From: Chiloscyllium plagiosum
Taxonomy: Eukaryota
Assembly (NCBI RefSeq): GCF_004010195.1
Contig: NC_057720.1
Location: 33,542,944-33,606,943, forward strand
Direction: 5' to 3'
DNA length: 64,000 nucleotides
The position numbers and the translations under genes were made by a program. A model generated the notes under the pieces. It searched no databases, had not been told where the DNA came from, and was given only the letters and a program-made list of their open reading frames with translations. This document shows positions 1 to 13,411 of this stretch, piece after piece (the stretch's first letter is position 1; each line of letters opens with the position of its first letter).

Positions 1-448
1 AGGAAATGAGGGACTGGCAACAAATACTGGCTTTGCCACTTAACACCCAAATCCCATGAAAGAATAAAAAGGTAAGATCAGTGTCAAATCCAGATTCTAA
101 AAAACCTGTTCACATCTCCAGTTTCAGTGAAGCCAAATCCATCATTGAATGAAATTAAAGGTAATTTAACTATTGGATTGTAATAAACCCAACCTTTTTA
201 TTAGATTTCAAATGTTTTGTTTCTAATCGTCACATCACTGGACTCTAAAACATCAGTTCCACCATTGGGTGTTGAAAGAACAAATTTTTTTTTGAGTTGT
301 ATCGAGGCAGCATGATCTTCAAATTACTTAATCTACACCACTGGATTTAAATTAAGGTAATACCCTTCTTAAACTGTCATAAGTATATCCCTTTCAGTGA
401 ATCCGAAGAAAGTCAATTCTATCACTGGATTCTAATGCAGTGATCCTC

Positions 449-949
449 ATAGAGTCATACAGCATGTAAACAGACCCTTCAGTCCAAGCAGTTCATGCTG
501 AACATAATCCAAACTGAACTAGTCCTGCCTGCCTGCTCACGGCCCATAACCCTCCAAACCTTTCTTATTCATGTACTTATCCAAATCTCTTTTAAACGTT
601 GTAATTGTACTCGGATCCACCACTTCCTTGGGAAATTCATTCTACACATGAACCTTCCTCTGTGTAAAAACTTTGCCTGGTATGCCTTTTTTTAAAATTG
701 CTCTCCTCTCACCTTAAAAATGTGCCCCCTAGTCTTGAGATTCCCTATCTTCGGGAAAAGACAACTACCATCAGCTCTATCTATACACCATTTTATAAAC
801 TTCAATCAGATCACCTCTCGACCTCCTACAGTCCAGTGAAAAAGGTCCCAGCCTATCTTTATAACTCAAACCTTCCATACCCAGCCACATCCTGGTAAGT
901 CTCTGCTGAAACCTCTCCACCTTAATAATATCCTTCCTATAACTGGGTG
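449..949 (-). mobile_element. CR1/HER1-like LINE 3' end fragment
   Basis: Starts catagagtcatacagcatg (reverse complement of the CR1 3' tail), followed by decayed antisense of the ORF2 C-terminus. Confidence 0.85.
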
Positions 950-1559
950 AGTTTAGTTAGTTCACAGTTTAAACAACTAATCTTTCCCAGTTATTCCAAC
1001 TGAGCACAATTCTAGAGGTTCACAGTCCTTGGATAGGGGCCCCCAGTTTTGGAATGCTCATACTTAATAAATGCAAATAGGATGTAATTTTTAGTATCTG
1101 ACATGTGAACATTTCCTGTACCTATGAATGGCTATTTTATATTGTCCCGCATCATGTTCCAGCTTGTGTACAAGTTGACTTGCAAGCAAACTTAAGAACA
1201 GAGCCAGCTCGTAACCTGGGATTCCTTGTATAAAATTTGAAGAAACTTCTTCCCATTGTAATACAACCTGACCGGATCAAAAATCTTCATCCACTAAATA
1301 AAATTTTGGAACAAACAATACTCAATCCATTTCCATTGTGATTGTACGCGATGAGGAACATCAGCTTTTCACCTTTTAACAGGTAAAAGATAATTTCTCA
1401 GTGGGCTGCAGATAAAGAAAAAGCCAATGGTATCACAGGATTTTTAAAATATTGGTCAGATTTAGATGTCTATACTAAAATGTAAATAAGATTAAATTTA
1501 ACTCATATAATCATTGGAGTTATATAATATCAATTCTATCATTAGATTTTAAGTAATGA

Positions 1560-4035
1560 ATGAAGAAGGCATTCAGAGCTTACAACTTTAACTATACCGC
1601 GAATTTGCCTATTTCCTCAGCTCAGTCTTAAAAGGCAAGAGCCTTATTTTAAATAGTGACCTTTAGTTCTGGATTCTCATCAATGACAAACACAAACACC
1701 TTTCCCTAGCCACCCAGTCATGGCCCCTCAGGATCTTGTGTTTCACTCAAGCCACCACTTTAATACTCAGCAGATACAAGCCTAGCCTTTCCAACCTTCC
1801 TTCATAAAGCAAACTATCATTCTTGGCATCATAATAAATCTCCTCTAAATGGCCTCCAACTCATTTACATTCTTCCATTAAAAAAGGAAATCAAAGCTAC
1901 ACACAGTACTTGAGATGTGTTTTCACCAATGCCTTCTACAACTGAAGCATTATCTTTCTACATTTGTATTCAATTATCCTTGCAATAAACAATACCATTT
2001 CATTAGCTTTCCCAAATACTTGCTGTAGCTGGATACTAAGTCTTTGTGAATTATGCATGAGGACACCAGATCTCTTCGCATCTCAGAGTTCTACATACAT
2101 TCTTTAACATTATGCAATAATCGCAAGACCTTTGCCCATTCACTTGACCTATTTATATCTCTTCTTAGCTTCCTTACATTTTAACAACTTACTTTCCTAC
2201 CTAATTTTGTGATATCAGCATATTTAGCAATCATAACTTTGGCCCCTTCATCTAAGACGTTTACATAAGTTGTCCCAGCACTGATCCCTGGAACATCACT
2301 TGTTACATCTTGCCAACAAGAAAATGGCCTATTTATGACTACTTTGTTTCTTATCAGCTGTAATCTTCTATCCAAACCCTTAAGTTACTAGTTACACTGA
2401 GTCCCTATTTTCCACAATAATCTTTAATGTAGCACCTTATCAAATGCCTTCTGGAAATCCAAATATATCCCCTTTCTCGACAGCATATGTTACTTCCTCA
2501 AATAACTCTAATAAATTGGTCAAATGTGATTTCCCTTACACAAAACTAGGTTAACTCAACCTGATTACCTTGACATTACATTGCTATCACATCTTTAATA
2601 ACAGTTTCTTACATGTTCCCTATGGCAGATGTTAAAACAACTGGCCTGGAGTTTCTCTTTTTGAATAAAGGAGTTACATTTGGGATTCTCCATTTTAATA
2701 GAACCTTCCTGAAACCTGGGAGTTTGGCAAATTAAAACCAATGCATCAGATATGTCATTTTCACACTTCTTCCAAAATCCAAAAGAGTCAGTATATAAGC
2801 ATGGAAATAGATCCTTTGGTCCAACTTATCCATGCCACCCAGATATCCCAACCCGAATCTAGTCTCATTTGCCAGCACTTGGCCCATATCTCTCTCAATC
2901 TTTCACATGACTCCCATCAGGACCCAAGGGATTTGTCAACCCACAACTCCAACAGTCTGCTCAGTACCAATTACCCAGTGATCGTGATTTGCCTGACTTT
3001 CCCCCTGATTTCATTTCCTGATTCACATCAATCTTTGGATGTTCCTTGTATCCTCTAATGTAAAATGCCTATTTAATTTATTGACTCTCTCCTTCTTTTC
3101 TATTTTTGATCTACAGACTCACTTCATGTTTAAATTTTTGGTTTACAGACCAACCTTTTCCTTTTCAAATGTCAGTAGACATTCTTAATATCTGTTTTTC
3201 GATTTCTAGCTAGCTTTCTCTCATGCTATAATTTTCTCTCCTTATTAATCATTTAGTCAATCTTTGCCTTTTTAAAATATTCTGTCCAATCTTCTGATCT
3301 GAAACCTAACTTTGAATATTACATGCCCCTTCTTTAAATTGAATGATATTTTTAACCTTAATGGTTAACTAGGGAAGGTTCATCTGCCTCTTGGATCTTA
3401 TTTTTCCTATTAAGTGTATTTATTCTGTACTGGAATATCCCCTTAAATGTGTGCCCCCGCATCTATATTGACCTATCCCTTAACCTAATTAACTAGGTCA
3501 CTTTAACTAACTCATGTTCTTCATATTCTCAATTGCCCTGATTTAAGATTAAAATAGTAATAGTAAAATAGTAATAATAATACTACTATTTAATTAATAT
3601 AAAATAATAATATTAGACCTATTTATCCCTAACTCATACCGTGGAATCCTTACCTAGGCTATCTTCTTTCACCTGACTTTTACAGTCTACATTTAAATTA
3701 AAAGCTCCATAACTATCACCATTCCATTCTAACAAGCTCCCATTGCTTCTTCCATTATGCTCTATCCTCCTATTGGTGCCAGAAGTGAATTCTAGCCTTT
3801 ATTATTTCTATTTTTTAATGAATCATGGTATTAATGCATTAGAGACAAATGGCTTAAGTTCAGGAAACCAGGATGTAAAAATTAATCACCCTTCTCGATC
3901 ATGACAATATCAGGACTAATTATTAGAGCCACCCCTAAACATTTTCCTCACTTCTTCTTCTTCTGAAATGTCCAATACCCTTTAATATTCAGGTCACAAT
4001 CTATGTCAGCCTCCAGCCATGTCCCTGTTATCTAT
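1560..4035 (-). mobile_element. Old, decayed CR1 LINE (ORF2 endonuclease to RT), with a nested HER1 3' fragment at ~2785-2900
   Basis: ORF 2181-2375 reads WQDVTSDVPG...YVNVLDEG...IAKYADITKLG (CR1 RT VTSGVPQG/FADDTKL); endonuclease ITETWL-like remnant at ~4010-4030. Confidence 0.8.
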
Positions 4036-4625
4036 CTACAGAGCATTTAAGCCTGTGGATCCTGTCCCACACCAGACTCTCCTCTGTGGTGGATTTTGTC
4101 AGGTTGCTTCTCCCTCTGGATGCTATGCAGCAGTTGGTGGTGGCTGTTCTTTCGGGGTCTTGCAGAAGCTGGTCTCTCTGCTATTTTCTATTATGGTTTT
4201 GTTGTGGAAGCAATACTATAAGAAGAATAGCTTCATTGACCTCAGCCAATATACCTCTAGTTACAGCAGATCTCTGAGAACATTAGGAGAAAGTACATGT
4301 TATTAGTCAAGGAATGCTTCAGCCCTAACATCATTCCCCATGAAGCTCCAGGATTTGCCCTCACACAGTGTAGTTTTGCATCTGCCCAAGGGACCAGTTA
4401 GAATGTACTACTATCAATTTACCTTTGCTGCTTATGTACTGACGACAGATTCTTTCCACCAACCTCACAGGAGATTGGAGGCCTTATTCTCATCACCTCG
4501 GTGAGGAGGCAATTTTATCCCGTGAGTTTACATCAAAAGCACTTCAGTGGCTGAAAAGTACTCTGTGGTGTCCTCAGGTTATGAAGGCAGCATTACAAAT
4601 GCAAATACTTTCTTTATTGGCTATT

Positions 4626-4945
4626 GGGTGGCATGGTGGCTCAGTGGTTAGCACTGCTGCCTCACAGTGCTAGGGACCTGGGTTCAAATCCAGCCTTGGT
4701 GACAGTTTGTGTTGAGTTTGCACATTCTTCCCATATCTGCGTGGGTGGGTTTCCTCACACAGTCCAAAGATGTGCAGGGTTAGGTGGATTGGCCATGGTA
4801 AATTACCCATAGTGTCCTGGGATATGTAGGTTAGGCGGATTAGCCATGGGACATGCATGGTTACAGGGATAGGGTAGGGGAATGAATCTTTAGAGGGTTG
4901 GGAGGACTTATTGGGCTGAATATCCCACACTGAAGGGATTCCATG
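4626..4945 (+). mobile_element. HE1-type tRNA-derived SINE
   Basis: A-box ggtggctcagtggttagc, B-box ggttcaaatcc, HE1 body gagtttgcacattct and CR1-like tail. Confidence 0.9.
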
Positions 4946-5729
4946 AAACCAGATTTACTCCAGACAATTGACACTAATGGGTCTGCAGTTGTCTGTACTT
5001 ATTTTGCCATCTGTTTCAATATATACTTTTATTAATTTGAGGAACATGGATATCATTGGCAAAGTCAGCATTTGTTGCCCAAATCTAATCACTCTTAAGC
5101 AATTTCATCCGGTTTCCAATTTCCTGTTCTCACCTCAAGTCGAATGGCTCGTCCCTTCTGAATAGTTCGATTCCATTATGAGTAATCTCTAGGTCCAGGT
5201 ATCATTATTGTAAACCCACATTGTACTCTGTCCAATGCTGAGCAAGTTGGGTCATTCAACTCCTCAAACCTGCACTATTATTCAAGCTCATGGTCAGTTA
5301 GCTACTTTATTGCTACACATCATTTGATATCAGTGGAATCTAGAAATCTATCAATCTCTATACTGGACACACTCAGTGACTGAACTTCCATAATCCTTTG
5401 AGGTAGAGAATTCCAAAGATTCACTACCCTCATATTGTATTCCATGGAACTTTCCAACTCCTTCCCAACCAAAAGTGGCAATTTGCAGCTATATAGTATC
5501 TGGAAAATGTTCAAAGCATTTCCTAATAGTATTATCAAACAAAAAAATTGACTCTGTGTCACATTAGGAAATATTATGATGGGCTGAACAAAACCATACT
5601 AGACGAGGGGAGAGAGAGACAGAGAGATTTAGGTTTGGAATTCTAGATGTTAAGAAACAAGCAGCTGAAGGTGATACAATGATGAAAATCAGGGGTGACT
5701 GACAGGCCAGAATTGATGGAGTGACTGAG

Positions 5730-5970
5730 ATGAGGAAGAATTTCTTTCCTCTGAGGGTTATGGGTCTTTAGAATTCCTTGCCACAGACAGCTCTGGGAGC
5801 AGTATCCAATGTATATTTAAAGCTGAGATTGATATATTCCAGATCAGTTGGGGAATTGAGGGTTAAGGGGAAAGGGCAGGAATGTGGATGTTTGAAGTAG
5901 CAGGCCGGCCGCAATCCTACTGAATGGTGAATAAGGCTTGAGGGGCCAAATTGATTACTCCTATTCCTCT
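5730..5970 (+). mobile_element. CR1 LINE 3' end fragment
   Basis: gagatgaggaagaatttctttcctctgagggtt...ggggccaaattgattactcctattcct, a typical CR1 C-terminus and tail. Confidence 0.75.
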
Positions 5971-5974
5971 TTAC

Positions 5975-6110
5975 ATAAAACAAAGAACTGCAAATGCTGG
6001 AGATCAGAAACAAAACAGAAATTGCTGGAGAAACTCAACAGGTCTGGCATCATCTGCAGAGAAAGCAGAGTTAACATTTTAAGTCCAGCAACTCTTCTGT
6101 AGCTTTCCAC
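5975..6110 (-). mobile_element. PLE terminal-repeat fragment (family 2)
   Basis: ctgcaaatgctggagatcagaaacaaaacagaaattgctggagaaactc...gagttaacatttt, homologous to copies at 27080, 50370 and 60850. Confidence 0.7.
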
Positions 6111-6279
6111 AGTCTTTCTTTCATTAAATAATATTCAGCTCCTCTATTCTTCCTGCCAAAGAACACAACCTCACATTTTCCCATATCATGTTCCATCTGC
6201 CAAGTTTTTGCCCACTCACTTAACCTGTCTGTATCAATAAGTGGTTGGTAGTACAGAACTTAAACATTGCTAAAAGGAG

Positions 6280-7350
6280 ACTAGAAGTTGAAGCTTTTCA
6301 TCTTGCACTCATCAAAACTAGGATGTACGAAACAGACTTGAAAAAAGAGACATTTTACACAGCATTAAAGGATGGTGCTAATTGTCATGGAGATTCAGCA
6401 AGAACAGTTAACTGTCAATTTTAATTCTCAGATCAGGCAGATAGATTCTTATTGATCAGAGCATTGCCATGGGTAAGTAACAGAGTTGGAAATCTCCTTG
6501 ACTCTTTTTTTCAAAAAAGGTGCAATGTATATTCAATTTTCTCTTGCCTACCTAACACAGGGTCCTGAGTATCTATGCAGGTAGTTTCTAGCACAAGCAA
6601 ATGTATCATGCTGTGGGCCAGCTGATAATGTCAAATTGGTTTCCTATGTAACTCTTAGGACAGTCATCATTATTTAAGAAATTATTTCCAATAACAGAAT
6701 CACAACTAATAATGGAAATACTACTCTGAGGTTTGTAAGTACAGAATGGTTGTGTATGCTTGGCATGCTGCCAGTTGTTTGACACAGTCTACCAGTCAAT
6801 GGGATGTGCGGCCCACTTACTTGGCATTGCACCAGTACTGAAACTCATATACCACATTACCCATTTGTAATGCAGACTTAACATCATTTGGTTTGACAGC
6901 AGCATTCCATTAGTGGAGAAAGCCCCTTGTGCATTTACTGCTTAGTAGTAGTGCAAGACAGCTAGTTTCACTTGTTCAAATTTTTGAGATTCCTCCTCTT
7001 CCAGGGTAATCTGAGGTAGACTAGACACCACTCAGGACCATAAATACAGGACATAAGCTCTGTCATGAATTTTTATGAGACACATTGAGTGATGATTTGA
7101 CCAGGGTATTGATTTTCCCACAGGATAGTTTTGATATGCCCTATCTCAGCATCAAGCTTACCTACTGAGCAGATGACTTGGCCCTATTTATGAGGTTGCA
7201 ATAAAATTCACCTTGACCCTCATGTGACTGTGGGAATGCTAACTTTTATATTGACCAGTGAATAGAGGCTTTTGATTGACATTATTAAGGACCCATTTTC
7301 AGACTTCTTAATAAATACATTGAAGAAAGAGAGCTCTTTTGATTGCTCCA
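6280..7350 (-). mobile_element. Decayed Penelope-like element (GIY-YIG end plus terminal repeat with hammerhead-like motif)
   Basis: Minus strand ~6780-6870 reads GNVVYEFQYWCNAK*VGRTSH*LVDCVKQ (PLE GIY-YIG VVY..C.C...YVG.T); motif at 6287-6318. Confidence 0.7.
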
Positions 7351-7716
7351 CTTTAATAGTAAATTTGAGTGCAGAGTGGAGCTTATTAAGATGTGTATAC
7401 TATGATTAAATTCTAGTCTCATTTTAGCAATTTTTAAATCCTGTCTATATCTGTCTGAAGATTCTTTATGTCATCATCACCATTTGTCTTTCCACCTATT
7501 TTTGTAACATGGACAAACTTGTTGATTCTACATTCACTTCATTCATCCAAGTCATTAATATATATTGTAAATTATCATGACACCAGCACTAAACACTCTG
7601 GCCCTCCACTAGTTAAAGTTTATAGCTCAAAATGGCTTCTTATGCCAACTCTCTGTCTTCTATTTGTTATCTTCTATCCAGTCCAATATACGACCCAAAC
7701 ATCATTGGCACTTATA

Positions 7717-7917
7717 CAGTCAGTTCTGCAATAACACAAGAGTTTTGTTCTCATGCAATCGCATAATGGCAGCATCATTTAAACTAATGGGGCTAGAATC
7801 GGGTTATAACCAATATACACTTTAAAAGTTTTCGCTTTAGAAACAGTGTCCCCAATTTGTCAATTGTGTTACAGCGAAATCATGTTAACAAAACACGCAT
7901 TATAGCAGAACAATCTG
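7717..7917. mobile_element. Tc1/mariner (Tigger-like) MITE
   Basis: Imperfect TIRs cagtcagttctgcaataa / attatagcagaacaatctg, flanked by TA on both sides. Confidence 0.7.
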
Positions 7918-8131
7918 TATTCTTAAGTGGTCTTTTGTGTGGTATCTTATCAAACACCTTTTGGAAATCCAAATATATTACACTTACAGGTTCCCCATTA
8001 TCTATCATGTTTGTTATCTTCTCAAATGTGAATAAGTTTGTCAAATATGACTACCACTTCATGAAGCCACGCAGACTCTGCTTGATGTATTAAGTACTTC
8101 TAAATGCTGTGTTAGTACATGCTTTATAATA

Positions 8132-8348
8132 GAGTCAGTTCTTCTGTAATGCGATGGTTGTGTTCTTGTGCAACCCTGTGTTATAGAAAAGTCACATTTT
8201 AAAAAGAGCACATAAAGTGTTGGCGACATAATCGCATTACAGCCAACACATTTTAAATGTTTGCACTTTAGAAACAGTGCCCCTAATTCATCAATCATGG
8301 TTCAGTGAATTTGTGTTGATGAAACTCACATTATAGCAGAATGACCTG
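8132..8348. mobile_element. Tc1/mariner (Tigger-like) MITE, same family as 7717-7917
   Basis: Shares ctttagaaacagtg...cattatagcagaa...ctg|ta with the previous copy. Confidence 0.65.
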
Positions 8349-8899
8349 TAAACTGTCACGTATTCCTAATGATATATTATAGACACAAAATACATAGCTG
8401 TTTCTTCACTGTTGCTGAACCAAAAATCTCTTCCCAACAGCACTTTCAGTGTCCCGACACCAAATTGAGTGCAGCAGTTCAAGGAGACAGCTCATGACCA
8501 CCTTCTCAAGGGCAATCAGGGTGGACAATAAATGCTGGTCTCGCCAGTGATGTCCACATCCTGAGAATGAATTAAAAAAGAGTAACTAACCTGTTTGTTA
8601 TAAATCAGAATGTGCCAAATGATTGGCAGAATCCCACTTCTGACTTCCCAGAACAATGTTATCATCTATAAACAAACAGAAAATGGTCTATCAGCTGGAG
8701 GTTCTCCTGTCAGCCTGGAATTACCTCTTACCTTCTACAATCGTTGACTTGTTTTTATACACTTAAATTTTATGTAAATTTAATTTGTAATCAGAATATC
8801 AACAATGAATGCATCAAAAGATTGGTCATGCTTCTCTGTTGAAGGAATTTAATTTGCCTCTGTTAGCTTCAGAGCAGGAGTTCACGTGAATGAAGGATG

Positions 8900-9175
8900 C
8901 AGTTTAATGTCTCACTCCAGAGACTTGAAGACATAATCCAGGATATTGACAGACACTATTAAAAATGTCGTATTTCAGATGAGATTGAAAACTGAAGCCC
9001 CGATTGCATTCCATGTGGACCTCAAATATCCCATGACATGACTCAAAGTAAAACAAGGGAGTTACCCCGGTAATTTGGCCAATGTTTATCATTGAAACAG
9101 ATTACCTGGTCAGTATGTCATTTCTGTTTGTGGGATATTGCTATGTGTAAACAGCCTGCTATATTTCCAACAACA
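8900..9175 (+). mobile_element. Deu-domain SINE (SacSINE1-like), decayed
   Basis: tttcagatgagattgaaaactgaagcccc...aaatatcccatgaca...ggccaatgtttatc...tgtttgtgggatattgctatgtg resembles the Deu-domain consensus as recalled. Confidence 0.7.
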
Positions 9176-9693
9176 ATTCATATTTATATTGTCTAAACTG
9201 TAGTAAAATACCCCTCACAGGAGTATTACCAAACAAAACCTGTGAGAACATAAAAATATATTAGTATTGATAATTTAGTCTACAAGGTTTTAAAAAGGGT
9301 TATAAAAGAGAATAGATGGATGGTGAAGTTTAGAGACATAGAGTCATACAGCACAGAAACAGACCTAACGGCCAACTCATCCATGCCGACCAGACATCTG
9401 AATCTGACCTACTCCCATTTGCCACCACTTGGCCCATATCCCTCTAAACCCTTCCTATTCTTATACCCAATCAGATGCCTTTTAAATATTGTAATTGTAC
9501 CCGCCTCCAGCACTTCCTCTTGGCAGCTTGTTCCCTACATGCATCACCCTTTGCCTGAAAAGGTTACCCCTGATGTCCTTTTTAAATTTTTCCCCCTCTC
9601 ACCTTAAACCTATGCCCTCTAGTTTTGGACTCCCCCATCCTAGGAAAAAGACTTTGACTATTCACCCTATCCACGCCCCTCTTGGTTTTATAA

Positions 9694-10443
9694 GACCATA
9701 AGACCATAAGACATAGGAGTGGAAGTAAGGCCATTCGGCCCATCGAGTCCACTCCGCCATTCAATCATGGCTGATGCGCATTTCAGCTCCACTTACCAGC
9801 GTTCTCCCCGTAGCCCTTAATTCCTCTAGACAACAAGAATCTATCAATCTCGGCCTTGAAGACATTTAGCGTCCCGGCTTCCACTGCACTCCGTGGCAAT
9901 GAATTCCACAGGCCCACCACTCTCTGGCTGAAGAAATGTCTCCGCATTTCTGTTCTGAAATGACCCCCTCTAATTCTAAGGCTGTGTCCACGGGTCCTAG
10001 TCTCCTCGTCTAACGGAAACAATTTCCTAGCATCCACCTTTTCCAAGCCATGTATTATTTTGTACGTCTCTATTAAGTCTCCCCTTAATCTTCTAAACTC
10101 CAACGAATACAATCCCAGTATCCTCAGCCGTTCCTCATATGTTAGACCTGTCATTCCAGGGATCATCCGTGTGAATCTCCGCTGGACACGTTCCAGTGCC
10201 AGTATGTCCTTCCTGAGGTGTGGGGACCAAAACTGGACACAGTACTCCAAATGGGGCCTAACCAGAGCTTTATAAAGTCTTAGTAGTACATCTCTGCTTT
10301 TATATTCCTACCCTCTTGAGATAAGAGACAACATTGCATTCGCTTTCTTAATCACGGACTCAACCTGCATGTTTACCTTTAGAGAATCCTCGACTAGCAC
10401 TCCCAGATCCCTTTGTGCTTTGGCTTTATTAATTTTCTCACCA
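9694..10443 (-). mobile_element. Young 5'-truncated CR1 LINE (intact 155-aa ORF2 C-terminus at 9783-10250)
   Basis: EYCVQFWSPHLRKDILALERVQRRFTRMIPG...RTRGHSL...LWNSLP; (TAAGACCA)n tail; TTTATAA duplicated at 9687-9693 and 10444-10450; CpGs retained. Confidence 0.95.
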
Positions 10444-10828
10444 TTTATAAATGTCTATAAGGTCACCTCTTGGTCTGCAATGTTCCAGGGAAAGTTGCCT
10501 CCCCCCATCAACTTTTGAAGGTTCCTGTCCAATACCATCAAAATCAGCCTTACTCTAATCTAGAACTTCAACTTTTTGATCAGTTCTATCCTTTTCCATA
10601 ACCATTTAAAAACTAATAGAATTATAATCACTGGCTATAATGTGCTCCCCTACTCTCACCTCAGTCACTTGCCCTGCCTTATTTCCCAACAGAAGTATTG
10701 CTCCTTCTCCTACATATTGAATAAGAAAGTTTCCTTGTAAACTCTTAACAAATTCTTCTCCATCCAAGCCCTTAATATTATGGCAGTCCCAGTCTATGTC
10801 TGGAAAGTTAAAAGCCACTAACCATTTT

Positions 10829-11155
10829 GTGTGGCACAGTGGCTCAGTGGTTAGACCTGCTACCCCACAGCATCAAGGACCTGGGTTTGATTCTCATTCT
10901 CACCTCGGGCAATTGTCTGCGTGGAGTTTGCACATTTTCTCCATGTCTGTGTGGGTTTCCTCTGGGTGCTCTGGTTTCCTCCCACAATCCAAAGACATGC
11001 AGGTCAGGTGAATTGGCCATGTTAAATTGTCCATGGTGTTAAATGCATTAGTCAGGGGTAAATGTAGGGGAATAGGTCTGGTTGGGTTACTCTTTGGAGG
11101 GTTGGTGTGGACTTGTTGGGCTGAAGGGCCTGTTTCCGTACTGAATCTAATCTAA
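10829..11155 (+). mobile_element. HE1-type SINE
   Basis: gtggcacagtggctcagtggttag head, HE1 body, (aatct)n tail. Confidence 0.9.
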
Positions 11156-11714
11156 TTACAGCCCTATTATTCTTATGGATATCTGAGATCTCCTTACATA
11201 TTTGCTTCTCAATTTCCTGCTGGCTACTGGGGGCCTATAATACAATCCCAACAAGGTGATCATCCCTTCCTTATTCCTCAGTTCCATCCGTTTAACTTCA
11301 TTGGATGATCTCCCAGCAACATCCTCCCTAAGTACAGCCATGATGTTATTCCTAACCAAAAATACTACTCCCCCTCCTCGCTTTCTCCTCTTTCTGTCCT
11401 TCCTAGAGCATGCATGCCCTGAAATGTTGTGGCGTCAGCCCTATCTATCGCTGAGCCACATTTCTGTAATATCTATGATATCCTAAATATAATTTGATAC
11501 AATATCCTTTTTCTAATTCAAAATGGCAGAGGAGTGGCAGTGCAGAGTGTGGGCTCCTGCCTGGAGCTCCTGCTTTGTCTTGCTTGTACTTGTCTTCCTT
11601 CTTTCACTTCCCTTTATTTCTTACTTTAATCTACTTACCTTCTGTGGAGAGCCGGTCTGTGCAGTGCGGAGGAAATTGAGCCAGCATGGCAGTGAGAGAG
11701 GTCTCCTGGCATCT

Positions 11715-12455
11715 ATAGTGGTGAACAGGCAGCCCAAGGCAGCAGTGAGAACAGCCAGCTCAAGGCAGCAGTGAGAACAGGCAGCCCAAGGCAGCAGTGA
11801 GAACAGGCAGCAGTGAGAACAGAGGAATATTGACATTTCGGGTAAAGCCTGATGAAGGGCTTTTGCTCGAAACGTCGATTTTCCTGCTCCTCGGATGCTG
11901 CCTGACCTGCTGTGCTTTTCCAGCACCACTCTAATCTAGACTCTGGTTTCCAGCATCTGCAGTCCTTGTTTTTACCTAGCAGTGAGAACAGGCAGCCCAA
12001 GGCAGTGGTGAGAACAGGCAGCCCAATACAGCTTTGAGAACAGGCAGCCCAAGGCAACGGTGAGAACATGCAGCCCAATGCAATGGTGAGAAGAGGCAGC
12101 CAAGACAACAGTGAGAACAAGCAGCTCAAGACAGCGTTGAGAATAGGCAGTCCAAGGTAATGGTGATAACAGGCAGCCCAATCCAGCTTTGAGAACAGGC
12201 AGCCCAATAGGATGCTGCCTGACCTGCTGTGCTGTTCCAGCAATAAAGTTTCAACTTTGATCTCCAGCATCTGCAGACCTCACTTTCTCCTGAGAAGAGG
12301 CAGCCAAGACAACGGTGAGAACAAGCAGCTCAAGACAGCGTTGTGAATAGGCAGTCCAAGGTAATGGTGATAACAGGCAGCCCAATCCAGCTTTGAGAAC
12401 AGGCAGCCCAATATAGCTTTGAGATCAGGCAGCCCAAGGCAATGGTGAGAACAGA
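11715..12455. repeat. Minisatellite, ~24-bp unit GCAGTGAGAACAGGCAGCCCAAGG, interrupted by PLE terminal-repeat fragments
   Basis: Many degenerate gagaacaggcagcccaa units; PLE pieces at ~11820-11977, ~12210-12290 and ~12456-12555. Confidence 0.9.
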
Positions 12456-12555
12456 GGTAAAAACAATAACTGCAGATGCTGGAAACCAGATTCTAGATTA
12501 GTGGTGCTGGAAGAGCACAGCAATTCAGGCAGCATCCAACGAGCAGCGAAATCGA

Positions 12556-13172
12556 NNNNNNNNNNNNNNNNNNNNNNNNNNNNNNNNNNNNNNNNNNNNN
12601 NNNNNNNNNNNNNNNNNNNNNNNNNNNNNNNNNNNNNNNNNNNNNNNNNNNNNNNNNNNNNNNNNNNNNNNNNNNNNNNNNNNNNNNNNNNNNNNNNNNN
12701 NNNNNNNNNNNNNNNNNNNNNNNNNNNNNNNNNNNNNNNNNNNNNNNNNNNNNNNNNNNNNNNNNNNNNNNNNNNNNNNNNNNNNNNNNNNNNNNNNNNN
12801 NNNNNNNNNNNNNNNNNNNNNNNNNNNNNNNNNNNNNNNNNNNNNNNNNNNNNNNNNNNNNNNNNNNNNNNNNNNNNNNNNNNNNNNNNNNNNNNNNNNN
12901 NNNNNNNNNNNNNNNNNNNNNNNNNNNNNNNNNNNNNNNNNNNNNNNNNNNNNNNNNNNNNNNNNNNNNNNNNNNNNNNNNNNNNNNNNNNNNNNNNNNN
13001 NNNNNNNNNNNNNNNNNNNNNNNNNNNNNNNNNNNNNNNNNNNNNNNNNNNNNNNNNNNNNNNNNNNNNNNNNNNNNNNNNNNNNNNNNNNNNNNNNNNN
13101 NNNNNNNNNNNNNNNNNNNNNNNNNNNNNNNNNNNNNNNNNNNNNNNNNNNNNNNNNNNNNNNNNNNNNNNN
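12556..13172. other. Assembly gap (N run)
   Basis: Run of n. Confidence 1.
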
Positions 13173-13411
13173 TTTTGCAAGAGATAGGGTGGGAAGAGGT
13201 GTAATCCAGGTAGCTGTGGGAGTCGGTGGGTTTGTAAAAAATATCAGTGTCAAGTCGGTCGTCACTAATGGAGATGGAGAGGTCCAGGAAGGGGAGGGAT
13301 GTGTCAGAGATGGTCCAAGTAAATTTAAGGTCAGGGTGGGTTTCCAGGTAGCTGTGGGAGTCGGTGGGTTTGTAAAAAATATCAGTGTCAAGTCGGTCGT
13401 CACTAATGGAG
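13173..13411 (-). mobile_element. Penelope-like RT fragment with internal duplication
   Basis: HPDLKFTWTISDTSLPFLDLSISISDDRLDTDIFYKPTDSHSYLDYTSSHP (PLE RT KFT..PFLD..YKPT..SSHP). Confidence 0.9.

Larger units (their letters stand above)
7420..8380 (-). mobile_element. Decayed CR1 RT fragment interrupted by two MITEs
   Basis: Antisense RT motifs (ttccacctatttttgtaac; atcaaacaccttttggaaatccaaata = YLDFQKVFD). Confidence 0.7.
9333..11490 (-). mobile_element. CR1/HER1 LINE with internal deletion, hosting a younger CR1 and an HE1 SINE
   Basis: 3' tail catagagtcatacagc at 9337; endonuclease ORFs FNFPDIDW and LLGLYYRPP (10606-11359). Confidence 0.85.

Noticed and set aside
4626..4700. tRNA genes (also at 10829, 48680, 51990)
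   Set aside because: These are SINE heads continuing into HE1 bodies and tails, not stand-alone cloverleaves
11621..12270. Cys/Leu-rich repetitive ORFs
   Set aside because: Translations of the 24-bp minisatellite; no gene structure
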